In this document: positions 27,937-36,922 of the stretch, one piece after another
Layout: each line of letters begins with the position of its first letter
How positions within the stretch are numbered: position 1 is the first letter of the stretch
Assembly: GCA_041689895.1 (NCBI GenBank)
Contig: JBDNFJ010000131.1
Location: forward strand, 1 to 41,876
Reading direction: 5' to 3'
DNA from: Gracilimonas sp.
Lineage (GTDB): Bacteria; Bacteroidota; Rhodothermia; Balneolales; Balneolaceae
Length of the DNA stretch: 41,876 nucleotides
Program-made: the position numbers and the translations under genes
The notes under the pieces: generated by a model
Told to the model about the DNA's origin: nothing
The model's input: only the letters and a program-made list of their open reading frames with translations
Database searches by the model: none

Positions 27937-28133
27937 ATGAATAAAACAGATTTAATATCATAATATGAAAGTATGCTTACCCTAATATTTATAGTTACAG
28001 AATAGTAGCGGTATATGTGAGTGTGTTCGGTATTTTTATCACTTACTTACAAAATAATGACGTCCAAAATGTTACATCAAAAATGATTGAAGATTTCTTT
28101 AGGTTTGTACAGAAGGGGAGCAACGGTTACTAA
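27937..28133 (+). pseudogene. Remnant of tyrosine recombinase/integron-integrase N-terminal SAM-like domain
   Basis: MNKTDLIS*YESMLTL, a 1-nt frameshift near 27985-27989, then YSYRIVAVYVSVFGIFITYLQNNDVQNVTSKMIEDFFRFVQKGSNGY*. Matches the 'L...YS.RT...Y.....F..Y.........I..F' pattern of Phage_int_SAM_4-like domains. Catalytic domain absent. Confidence 0.55.
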
Positions 28134-28186
28134 ATACGTTTACAAATCATAAACATAAAATGACTTCCCCCGCATCAAATTGCTCT

Positions 28187-28244
28187 GCTCCGTGATGCCC
28201 AACGGAGGCTCCGCCTCACGTAATCCTGTGAATGTGGAAAGCCC
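28187..28244 (+). repeat. Degenerate REP-like repeat, copy 2
   Basis: GCTCCGTGATG-CCCAAC-GGAGGCTCCGCCTC, containing the GAGGC-TCC-GCCTC hairpin. Aligns with 21805-21862. Confidence 0.55.
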
Positions 28245-28370
28245 GCCCAAAGCTCCCTACTCCTGTCAAATTCCCACAATATCCCAAACTACCTAATTCC
28301 CAAAAAACAGGTTTTCATTCTTGTTTGAGTTTGGCTAAACTTTCGGTTCCCTGTTAACTCAGTTTTAGGT

Positions 28371-29639
28371 ATGAATAATAGACGGCATTTTCTCAAAAAA
28401 TTATCGTTCGGTTTAGCTTCTCCTTTTCTGCTTAATTCCACTTTTTCATCAAAGGATGAGCCCAAATATATACATCAAAATTTGCAGGGAGATGATTTCT
28501 GGAATAAAGTGAGGCAGGCTTTCCCTTTAACCCACAATCGAGTATATCTGAATAATGGGACGTTTGGTCCGTCGCCTACGCCGGTTTTAGAGGTTTTGAA
28601 GAAATCACTGGAGCATACAAATGGCACGGGCGAATATGGGCACACCGATGAAGCCCGCGCTGAAATCGCTCGTTTTGTGAATACCAAAACTTCCGAAATA
28701 AGCCTGACACACAACACCACGGAGGGCATCAACATTATGGCGTGGGGTTTACAGCTGAACGAAGGGGATGAAGTGATTCTTACGCTCCATGAACATGTGG
28801 GAAATGCGTTGCCTTGGCTGAATCGCGCTAAGCTTCACAACATCAAACTAAAAACGTTTGAGCCGGCCGATACGAAGCAGGAAAATCTGGATAGAATTGA
28901 AGCGCTCATCACCCCAAAAACTCGGGTGATAGCCGTTCCACATATTACGTGTACCACAGGATTGGTTTTTCCGATAAAGGAGATTTCCAGACTTGCCAAA
29001 AAGCACGGCATTTTTACCGCTATTGATGGCGCGCACGGAGCCGGAACCATGAATTTAGACATGCATGATTTAGGGTGCGATTTTTACGCAACCTGCTGCC
29101 ATAAATGGATGCTGGGTCCGGGCGGAACCGGCTTTCTATATGTGAAGGAGGATCTGCTGGATACGCTTCAGGTGTATCATGTTGGGGCTTATTCAGACAC
29201 CGGCTGGGATTTGTACAGTTCCCCACCTGCTTTGCAGGGATACGTCCCCACGGCTCATCGCTATGATTATGGAACTCAAAGTACCCCGTTGTATAAAGGA
29301 GCTGCGGCGGCGGCTAAATTTCACACCGAAATAGGAAAGGAAAGGGTGGAAGCGCGCCTCCGAGAGCTGAATGAATATTTGTATAACGGCTTGAATGAGC
29401 TTAGCAATTCTCTGGAGATTTTGACGCCCGCAGAGCCCGAATCGAGAATTAGCATGGTGACTTTTAAGCCACATAAAAAGGAGTATCGAGCTTTTGCACA
29501 AGCGGTGAGCAAGCAAGGATTCCGTATTCGCGTAGTTCCCGAAAGTCATTTGGATGCCCTTCGTATTTCCACGCACATTTATAACTCTAAAGAAGAAGTG
29601 GAGCGTTTTGTAGCAATGGTAGCAGCACTGTTGGGGTGA
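28371..29639 (+). CDS. Class V PLP-dependent aminotransferase-like enzyme with Tat signal (isopenicillin-N-epimerase-like)
   Basis: RRHFLK twin-arginine motif, YLNNGTFGPSP, NTTEG, DGAHG, CCHKWMLGPGGTG, LRISTHIYN. Confidence 0.88.
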   Translation: MNNRRHFLKKLSFGLASPFLLNSTFSSKDEPKYIHQNLQGDDFWNKVRQAFPLTHNRVYLNNGTFGPSPTPVLEVLKKSLEHTNGTGEYGHTDEARAEIARFVNTKTSEISLTHNTTEGINIMAWGLQLNEGDEVILTLHEHVGNALPWLNRAKLHNIKLKTFEPADTKQENLDRIEALITPKTRVIAVPHITCTTGLVFPIKEISRLAKKHGIFTAIDGAHGAGTMNLDMHDLGCDFYATCCHKWMLGPGGTGFLYVKEDLLDTLQVYHVGAYSDTGWDLYSSPPALQGYVPTAHRYDYGTQSTPLYKGAAAAAKFHTEIGKERVEARLRELNEYLYNGLNELSNSLEILTPAEPESRISMVTFKPHKKEYRAFAQAVSKQGFRIRVVPESHLDALRISTHIYNSKEEVERFVAMVAALLG

Positions 29640-29714
29640 TGGTATTTGAGGGCTACAGTTCCAGATTAGAAGTTTCACCTGATGGGGTTCACGGCGGTAA
29701 TCAGGTTGTTTTAT

Positions 29715-31073
29715 CTAAACGGATGCTTCTGCACTGACTTTTGCTTTAGTTAGTCCAATTTCTGAGCCAACTTTTCCATACCATAAAATATATAGATAAC
29801 ATGCCACAGGTACCAATAAGGCAATTTGAAGCCCAAAGTGATCGGCAATGTATCCGTACAATGGTGGGATAAAAGCTCCGCCAACAATAGCCGTACACAA
29901 AATACCTGAACCTTGTGCTGTATTTTTACCAATTCCTTTGATTGCAAGCGTGAAAATAGTCGGAAACATGATTGAATTGAACAGCCCAATGCTGAGGATA
30001 GTCCAAAAGGCAAACAAGCCGCCCGAATTCATGCTTAGTAGCAGCAATACAACATTCACCCCCGCATAAATAGAAAGCAGATTGCCGGCTTTTAGCTTCT
30101 GTAACAGACCGGAGCCGACAAAGCGGCCAATCATGGCACCGCCCCAATAAAAGAAGACGTAGGTTCCTGCAAGTTGGGAAGCATTCATGCTTTCAATGTG
30201 TGTATCAGAAAAAATGGCAGAAAGGGTGGCCGCAATAGTACTCATAAACTCATTGCCGGTCACTAAAGATTCTATATCCAGAGAGAGAAAATAATTCACT
30301 AAATAGCTGCCAATAGCCACTTCAGCGCCTACATACACGAAAATGCCGATGGCGCCAAACATTAAGTGCCTAATTTTAAGTGCATGTTTATAGCTTCCAC
30401 TTTTGTCGTCATCACCTTCAAGCATTTTAGGTAATCTAAAGAGGGCAAATGCCACCGCTAACACCACTAAAACAAGTGCCAAAATCATGAATGGACCTTG
30501 TACCGCTGAAGCTTCTGCCTGATAATAAGTGATTTGCTCGGCTTCGGATAGTGCAGCTACTTGCCCCGAGCTCATTACGGTATTGCTCAAAATAAAAGCA
30601 GCACTTACAAGTGGGGCGATGGTAGTTCCCAGCGAGTTAAAAGCCTGAGATAGATTGAGCCTGCTTGAGGCTGTTTCTTCAGGACCCAAAGCAGCTACAT
30701 ATGGGTTTGCGGCAACTTGCAAAATGGTAATGCCCCCAGCCAGCACGAACATGGCAATCAGAAAAATTGGAAATAATCTTAACGACGCGGCTGGATAAAA
30801 AAGCAAACATCCTGCACCCATAGCTAATAGGCCGACAACTGCTCCTTTTTTATATCCTATTTTAGAAATCAGCGCCCCGCCCGGGATGGAGAACACAAAA
30901 TATGCCGTGAAAAAGGAGAATTGAACCATTCCGGCTTGAAAATAAGTAAGCTCAAAAACAGCTTTTAGGCGTGGAATCAGAGCATCTACGAGTACCGTAA
31001 TAAAACCCCACATGAAAAATAAAACGGTAACGACGATAAAAGCAGAACGATACTTGTTGTTTTGATTAGCCAT
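29715..31073 (-). CDS. Glucose/galactose MFS transporter (GluP/FucP family)
   Basis: LFFMWGF, LQVAANPYV, RLNLSQAFNSLGTT, YVGAEV, NSIMFPTIF. Confidence 0.92.
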   Translation of the reverse strand: MANQNNKYRSAFIVVTVLFFMWGFITVLVDALIPRLKAVFELTYFQAGMVQFSFFTAYFVFSIPGGALISKIGYKKGAVVGLLAMGAGCLLFYPAASLRLFPIFLIAMFVLAGGITILQVAANPYVAALGPEETASSRLNLSQAFNSLGTTIAPLVSAAFILSNTVMSSGQVAALSEAEQITYYQAEASAVQGPFMILALVLVVLAVAFALFRLPKMLEGDDDKSGSYKHALKIRHLMFGAIGIFVYVGAEVAIGSYLVNYFLSLDIESLVTGNEFMSTIAATLSAIFSDTHIESMNASQLAGTYVFFYWGGAMIGRFVGSGLLQKLKAGNLLSIYAGVNVVLLLLSMNSGGLFAFWTILSIGLFNSIMFPTIFTLAIKGIGKNTAQGSGILCTAIVGGAFIPPLYGYIADHFGLQIALLVPVACYLYILWYGKVGSEIGLTKAKVSAEASV

Positions 31074-31164
31074 GTGCGCGGTTGGTTATAAATAAATTCC
31101 AGTCAAGCTTACATAAAATATACGACAGGCGAAAAGCTCTTTTGTAAAATAATTGGAGAAAATA

Positions 31165-31190
31165 ATAAAGGCCTCTTGTGAGGCCTTTAT
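31165..31190 (-). terminator. Intrinsic terminator after TPR gene
   Basis: Perfect 11-bp stem ATAAAGGCCTC-TTGT-GAGGCCTTTAT, T-rich downstream on the minus strand. Confidence 0.75.
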
Positions 31191-31220
31191 GAACATATTA
31201 TAAGAGTAAATTTACCGTAT

Positions 31221-31904
31221 TTACTTGGTAGCGATCATCCCTTTGAGTCTTTGCGATTCGCCAATTTGGCTACTTTGCGGGTACTCATCAATCACCTGAT
31301 TTGCCAGCTGGTTGGCTTTATCAAAGTTGTCGTCCTTGTAATAGGCTTGTGCGGCTTCTAACAGATTATCCGGTGTGGTCACCTTGTTTTCATCCCACTT
31401 GGCGGCTTTCATAAACGTTTGGGCTGCTTCCTTATAATTTCCCTTCGACAAATATAATTTTCCTTTGAAAGTAAGAGCTCCGACTCCCAATATGCCATCA
31501 GGAACATTAAATTTTTTCATGTAAAGCAGAGCGTTGTCCACATCATCGAGCTCAAAACTGGAAACGGCGGCGTAAAATCGAGCAATATTGCCGGCGTTAG
31601 TTCGCGGAAAGTCTTCCGAAATTTGATCGAAACCATAGGTGAGGCTTGCTTCGTTACCGTACAGCGCATTTTCGTAATCGGCTTGTGCATAATAATTCTC
31701 TGCAATCGATAGGAGTTCTTGTGCCTTTTGTTCTTGCGCACCGGAATAATAACTGTAACCAATAATACCGCCGATAATCACGATTACCGCAACGGCTGCT
31801 GAAATGATACGAGTTTGGTGGGTACTCACATAATCTGCGATGCGATTGTAATTCTCCATCAGCGGATCAGATTCTAATTCTTCTTTTGAAAGCCTTTTAG
31901 ACAT
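31221..31904 (-). CDS. Membrane-anchored tetratricopeptide repeat protein (YfgM-like)
   Basis: Single N-terminal TM segment followed by TPR-like helices, ending ..EYPQS. Confidence 0.8.
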   Translation of the reverse strand: MSKRLSKEELESDPLMENYNRIADYVSTHQTRIISAAVAVIVIIGGIIGYSYYSGAQEQKAQELLSIAENYYAQADYENALYGNEASLTYGFDQISEDFPRTNAGNIARFYAAVSSFELDDVDNALLYMKKFNVPDGILGVGALTFKGKLYLSKGNYKEAAQTFMKAAKWDENKVTTPDNLLEAAQAYYKDDNFDKANQLANQVIDEYPQSSQIGESQRLKGMIATK

Positions 31905-31975
31905 ATTATTTTATTTGAATAGCTTGTGATTTATAAGGGTGTAAAAATAGGACTGTTTTGGGATTTACCAAAACG

Positions 31976-32668
31976 TTAAAGTGATTCCAACACGCCTTTT
32001 TTTAGTTCTAAGATGCGATCTGAACGTCCGGCTATTTCTTTTTCGTGAGTGATGAGCAATACGGAGACGCCCATGGCTTCGCGAAGTTCAAAAAGCAGGT
32101 CCAGTATGATATCGGTATTGGCTTGGTCAAGATTGCCCGTAGGTTCGTCCGCCAAGATAATTCTGGGTTTATTCATCAAAGCGCGAGCCATGGAAACACG
32201 CTGCTGCTCGCCCCCAGATAACTGAGTGGGGCGGTGGCTTTTGCGTGATTCAATCCCAAATGAGTTTAGTAATTCCCTTCCACGGGCATAAGCTTCTTTG
32301 GCAGGGGAACCCGCAATAAGCGCAGGCATAGCTACATTTTCGAGCGCCGTAAATTCCGGTAGTAAATGATGAAATTGAAATACAAACCCAATGTATTTAT
32401 TTCTGAAATCTGCGAGGTCATCGGTTTTGTAATCGGAAATATTTTTTTCATTCCAAAACACCTCCCCTTTATCAGCACGATCTAAGCCTCCCAGAATGTG
32501 CAACAACGTGCTTTTTCCGCTCCCGCTGGAACCGATAATAGAAGTTATACTGGCTTTGGGCACTTGCAGATTCATACCCTGAAGTACGTGAAGTTCGTTC
32601 TCATCCGGGCCGCCGGGGAAGCTTTTGTAAAGATTTCGAGCTTCCAATACAATGTTAGATGGTTCCAT
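31976..32668 (-). CDS. lolD: Lipoprotein-releasing ABC ATPase LolD-like
   Basis: [44 protein letters not shown]. Confidence 0.85.
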   Translation of the reverse strand: MEPSNIVLEARNLYKSFPGGPDENELHVLQGMNLQVPKASITSIIGSSGSGKSTLLHILGGLDRADKGEVFWNEKNISDYKTDDLADFRNKYIGFVFQFHHLLPEFTALENVAMPALIAGSPAKEAYARGRELLNSFGIESRKSHRPTQLSGGEQQRVSMARALMNKPRIILADEPTGNLDQANTDIILDLLFELREAMGVSVLLITHEKEIAGRSDRILELKKGVLESL

Positions 32669-33483
32669 TATTCAGTGGCTGAATGTTGAAGTGCGGGATA
32701 GGTAACGGGTTCAATGTGCACACATTTCCCAGTAGCGACATCTATTTTTGAAAAGACTCCACAAATTCTATTTTCACCTTTGGCCGCCTGATATTTCTGG
32801 TGAACCCCGGTCATAAATCGCTTGATGGAAACTTTTTTATCCATCCCAATCACAGAGTTGAAAGAGCCCGTCATGCCGGCATCGGTTAAAAATCCAAGTC
32901 CTTGTGGGAAAATCCGGGCGTCATTGGTTTGCACGTGCGTATGAGTTCCTACCATCACCGAAGCTTTTCCATCAATGTGCCAGCCCAAGGATATTTTTTC
33001 GGCGGTTGCTTCCGCGTGAAAATCCACAAAAATAAGGTGCGTTTCTTCTCTGATTTTATCCAACGCCCACTCTGCCGCTGAAAATGGATCATCAATGGCC
33101 TTCATAAAAGTGCGGCCTTGCAAATTCAGCACCCCGATTTTCAGGTCTTTTCCGGGAACAGAATAAATACCATAACCCAAGCCGGCGTTTCCCTTGGGGT
33201 AATTAAGAGGGCGGAGGATGTGATCGTGCTCCCTCATATAATCGAACACTTTCCATTTATCGAAGGAGTGATCGCCACCTGTTACCACGTTTACCCCCAA
33301 ATTGAGCAGATTTTTTATAATGGTACGATTAGTACCAAAGCCTTCGTGAGAGTTTTCGGCATTGGCTATCACAAAATCGGCGCTGTATTTTTTGATGAGG
33401 CTTGGGAGTAACGTATTGGTTATTTCAATACCGGGGGTTCCTACAATATCTCCTACAAAAAAAATGCTGATGGTATCAGCCAA
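32668..33483 (-). CDS. ymdB: YmdB/TIGR00282 metallophosphoesterase
   Basis: GDIVG, NAENS, GDHSFD, LRPLNY, VDFHAEATAEK, GTHTHVQT, TDAGMTG. TTG start behind AGGAG. Confidence 0.9.
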   Translation of the reverse strand: MADTISIFFVGDIVGTPGIEITNTLLPSLIKKYSADFVIANAENSHEGFGTNRTIIKNLLNLGVNVVTGGDHSFDKWKVFDYMREHDHILRPLNYPKGNAGLGYGIYSVPGKDLKIGVLNLQGRTFMKAIDDPFSAAEWALDKIREETHLIFVDFHAEATAEKISLGWHIDGKASVMVGTHTHVQTNDARIFPQGLGFLTDAGMTGSFNSVIGMDKKVSIKRFMTGVHQKYQAAKGENRICGVFSKIDVATGKCVHIEPVTYPALQHSATE

Positions 33484-33512
33484 AGCAAGCTCCTGCTATT
33501 TAGTTGGGTTAA

Positions 33513-33806
33513 TTATTCTTTGATTTCGTCAAGCAAACGCTCGATGCTGTGGTTTACACGCTCCATGAGCACCTCCTCGCTGCTTTCAAGTTCACTGTTG
33601 GCGTTTCTCGCTTCAAAAAGTTCTTCGGCAATGCTGAGTGCGGCCAAAGCCATTACCGTAGATTCTGGCTGCTTTACGAGCTGATGACGATAGGTCTTAA
33701 ACCGCTCATCTACGAACTTAGAAATCCGTATCATAGATTCTTCTTCGTGATCTTCCACCTTCAGCGGGTACTGTTTACCTAAGATGGTGACTTTGATCGA
33801 TTTCAT
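33513..33806 (-). CDS. zapA: Cell division protein ZapA
   Basis: IKVTILGKQYPL...LAALSIAEEL plus coiled coil, in the usual position after pheT. Confidence 0.88.
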   Translation of the reverse strand: MKSIKVTILGKQYPLKVEDHEEESMIRISKFVDERFKTYRHQLVKQPESTVMALAALSIAEELFEARNANSELESSEEVLMERVNHSIERLLDEIKE

Positions 33807-34057
33807 GAGTTAGCTCCAAGATGATGATCAATTTTGGAAATAAGGCCTTGTACATGCTGGCGTAAAGCAAGCCGTTCCGACTCACTGATTGCGGAGAAGA
33901 TGTCGGTTTGCTTCTCGTGCTCTTCATCCAGTTTCGCCGTCAGTTTGGCATTATCACGGTTAAGTTCACGTATTTCCTGCTTCAGGCCTTCAACCTCGGT
34001 GCCAACTTCATCCAGTAATTGCCTGAACTTATCGCTTTGTTGTGAAAGTTTATTCAT
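33803..34057 (-). CDS. ZapB-like coiled-coil protein
   Basis: 84 aa heptad-rich protein between pheT and zapA, overlapping the zapA start. Confidence 0.7.
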   Translation of the reverse strand: MNKLSQQSDKFRQLLDEVGTEVEGLKQEIRELNRDNAKLTAKLDEEHEKQTDIFSAISESERLALRQHVQGLISKIDHHLGANS

Positions 34058-34068
34058 AGGTCGATAGG

Positions 34069-36570
34069 TTACCCTCTCAGTTTAGCTGAAAAATCTTTTT
34101 CCAATGATTTAACAATTTTCTGAATAATAGGTTCTACTTCTTTGATATTCAAGGTCTTGTTCGGATCAAGGAAATGTACTCGAAACGCCATACTTTTGTT
34201 TCCTTTTCCAATGGATTCACCCTCGAAAACATCAAAAATATCAATGCTTTCCAACTGGGAACCGGCTTTCTTTTTGATAACCTGCATGAGCTCTCCGGCA
34301 GTAACAGCTTGTGGAACTACAACCGCAAAGTCGAATTCAAATGCGGGGAATTTCGGCACAGCTTTGAATTTTCTTTCTGGAATTGTAGCTAATGCTTCAG
34401 AAATAGCCGTCAATGAAAGCTCGGCCACAAAAGCATCTTGCTCGAAATCGTAGGCTTTTTGGAGCTCTTCATTTGCCACAAACAAGGTACCGATGGTGGT
34501 ATCACCCCATGAATATTTCAGTGTAGTTTCATTTACTGCTTTTGAGGAAAGATGCTCTAAAAGTCCCAGCTTTTCAAAGAAAGCGTGAACCAAAGCTTTC
34601 AAATCAAACACGGAATATCCTTCACTTTCTTGAGCCCAGTTTTCGCCGTGCTTTTCACCGGCTACCCCCAGCAGCACATGTACTTCTTCTTTAATGCCTT
34701 TGTAGTAGGTGCCTTCCGCGTCTTTATTGAACACGTGCCCCAGCTCAAAAAAGCGAACACCACCTGCTTTTCTGTTGAAGTTGTATGAAGCTGATTTCAG
34801 GAATCCATGCAACAAAGATGGACGCAAAGTGCTCATGTCTTTGTTAAGCGGATTCAAAGCTGTGATCATAGCATCAAGTTCTCCAAAATGAGCGGCATCT
34901 TTTTCTGAGATGAGGGAATTGGAGTAAATTTCACGAAAGCCAAGCTGTAATGCAGTTGAGCGAATTTTCTGATTCAGTTGTTCCCAATCAGTCAAAGGCT
35001 CAGAGGAAACAAAAATACCGTGATCTGGAGCCGGAATTTTATTGTAATCAAACAGACGTCCGACTTCTTCAATAAGATCCACTTCACGTTCTAAATCTGG
35101 GCGAAAAGTTGGAATTTCAAAGGTGATTTCATCGTCGTCCTTATCAAGCTCTTTCAGCTCTAACCCTTCGAGAATGGAGGCAATAGTTGGGATGTCAAAA
35201 TCGGTGCCCAACAAACGATTTGTGTAGCTTTTGCGAAGCGTAAGCGTACGAACTTCCGTTTTAATGGGGTGAATATCTACCGTTTCTTCAGCAACTTTGC
35301 CACCGGCTACTTCGGCCATTAGCTGCGCCGTACGTTCTGCCGCAATGGCTTGTATATTTGGATCAATACCTCGCTCAAAGCGGTAGGAAGCATCCGTCAG
35401 TAAGGTTTGTTCTTTGGCTGTTCTCCGGATTGAACCTGGATCGAAATACGCACTTTCAATGAGAATATCGGTGGTATTCTCAGTGACCTCAGAATTCACG
35501 CCACCCATTACGCCGGCAATAGCTACAGGGCCTTCACCATCACAAATAAACAGCGTGCCTGGCGAACATGTGCGCTGGATATGGTCTAACGTCTCAAATT
35601 TAATCTCATGGTCATAATCACGAACTATGATTTCTTCTCCACGAATGTTGGCATAATCGAAAGCGTGCAGGGGCTGTCCCAATTCATACATCACATAATT
35701 AGTAACATCCACCACGTTATTTACCGGACGAACGCCAATAGCTTTTAGCTTATTCCGAAGCCAGTTTGGCGATTCTTTGATCTCAACACCCCGAACCATT
35801 TTACCCACATAACGAGGACATTTCTCAGGACTTTCAATTTTTATACTGATGTCATTAGAAGTGGTGGGGGAAGAAGTGTTCCCTTCTGAAAGTGGAGACA
35901 AATCAGCCCGCTGATTTCGGGGTGTCTCAAAATGTTGACCACTCGATTTCGAGGGAGAACCTTTTGCGGCTTTATCTTCAAAAGGTTTTTTCAGTTCAAG
36001 ATTTAAAACAGCGGCTAAATCTCGGGCTACACCTAAATGGCAAGTAGCATCGGGGCGGTTTGGGGTGATGGCAATTTCAATCACGGTATCTTTGTACAAA
36101 TCGAATACTTCAGAAATAGGAGTGCCGGCTTTTAGATGAGCATCTAATACCATAATTCCATCATGGCCAGTTCCGAGTCCGAGCTCATCTTCCGCGCATA
36201 TCATTCCTTCTGAAACTTCGCCTCTTAGCTTAGATTTTTTGATTTTGAGCAGGCTTCCGTTATCCAACTTGATGGGAAGGGTAGAACCAATGGTGGCAAC
36301 GGGGACTTTCTGTCCGGCGGTCACATTTTTAGCGCCACAAACTATTTGTGTGTTGGAATCTCCAAGATCGACGTCACAAATTTGGAGACGGTCGGCGTTG
36401 GGATGAGCTCGGACTTCGAGTACTTCGCCTACAATAACGCCATCAAGAGTGCTACCAAATTCCTCGATTTCTTCAACTTCAAGACCAATAAGGGTAAGTT
36501 TATCTGCGGTTTCTTCTGGTGAGAGGGGGAGGTCAATAAATTCTTTGAGCCAGTTATAAGATACTTTCAT
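34069..36570 (-). CDS. pheT: Phenylalanine-tRNA ligase beta subunit
   Basis: MKVSYNWL, HPNADRL, IVCGA, ITPNRPD, GQPLHAFD, RFERG, DLIEEVGR, C-terminal FDX-ACB. Contains a low-complexity insertion. Confidence 0.97.
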   Translation of the reverse strand: MKVSYNWLKEFIDLPLSPEETADKLTLIGLEVEEIEEFGSTLDGVIVGEVLEVRAHPNADRLQICDVDLGDSNTQIVCGAKNVTAGQKVPVATIGSTLPIKLDNGSLLKIKKSKLRGEVSEGMICAEDELGLGTGHDGIMVLDAHLKAGTPISEVFDLYKDTVIEIAITPNRPDATCHLGVARDLAAVLNLELKKPFEDKAAKGSPSKSSGQHFETPRNQRADLSPLSEGNTSSPTTSNDISIKIESPEKCPRYVGKMVRGVEIKESPNWLRNKLKAIGVRPVNNVVDVTNYVMYELGQPLHAFDYANIRGEEIIVRDYDHEIKFETLDHIQRTCSPGTLFICDGEGPVAIAGVMGGVNSEVTENTTDILIESAYFDPGSIRRTAKEQTLLTDASYRFERGIDPNIQAIAAERTAQLMAEVAGGKVAEETVDIHPIKTEVRTLTLRKSYTNRLLGTDFDIPTIASILEGLELKELDKDDDEITFEIPTFRPDLEREVDLIEEVGRLFDYNKIPAPDHGIFVSSEPLTDWEQLNQKIRSTALQLGFREIYSNSLISEKDAAHFGELDAMITALNPLNKDMSTLRPSLLHGFLKSASYNFNRKAGGVRFFELGHVFNKDAEGTYYKGIKEEVHVLLGVAGEKHGENWAQESEGYSVFDLKALVHAFFEKLGLLEHLSSKAVNETTLKYSWGDTTIGTLFVANEELQKAYDFEQDAFVAELSLTAISEALATIPERKFKAVPKFPAFEFDFAVVVPQAVTAGELMQVIKKKAGSQLESIDIFDVFEGESIGKGNKSMAFRVHFLDPNKTLNIKEVEPIIQKIVKSLEKDFSAKLRG
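35878..35960. repeat. Palindromic element embedded in-frame in pheT
   Basis: Nested stems GAGACA/TGTCTC (35895-900/35923-28) and AATCAGC/GCTGATT (35901-07/35910-16). Imperfect outer arms GTTCCCTTCTGAAAGTGG / CCACTCGATTTCGAGGGAGAAC. Confidence 0.6.
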
Positions 36571-36580
36571 TAAAAAATTC

Positions 36581-36922
36581 TTAAGAGTAATGCTTTATTA
36601 GGTTATCAATTTTGGGCTTTAATTCAGGTATTTTGAAGCTTAGCGCATTCCAACGTATTTCGTAATCCACGTTATCATAATTGTGGATAAGAATGCCTCT
36701 CATACCTGCCATTTGGCGCCATTCAATCTCTGGATGCTTTACCTTGAAATCCTGTGAAATATTTTTTGATGCTTCACCAACAATTTCAAGACATCGTTCG
36801 GTAGTTTTCTTCTTTTCAAAATCACCAGCCAGCTGCTGAAGGGATAAAGAAGAATAGTTGTCATGTAGAAAATCAACCATTTCCGTGATGTGTTGCAATA
36901 GTTCAAAGTTATAGTCTGACAT
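36581..36922 (-). CDS. HepT-like (DUF86/HEPN) RNase toxin
   Basis: ERCLEIVGEASK, HPEIEWRQMAGM-RGILIHNY (RX4HXY). Confidence 0.9.
   Translation of the reverse strand: MSDYNFELLQHITEMVDFLHDNYSSLSLQQLAGDFEKKKTTERCLEIVGEASKNISQDFKVKHPEIEWRQMAGMRGILIHNYDNVDYEIRWNALSFKIPELKPKIDNLIKHYS

Noticed and set aside
29193-29678. 161-aa antisense ORF and the many other 60-150 aa ORFs nested in long genes
   Set aside because: Shadow frames overlapping well-supported CDSs, with no motifs.
33484-33512. 6S RNA expected after zapA
   Set aside because: The gap is only 29 bp.
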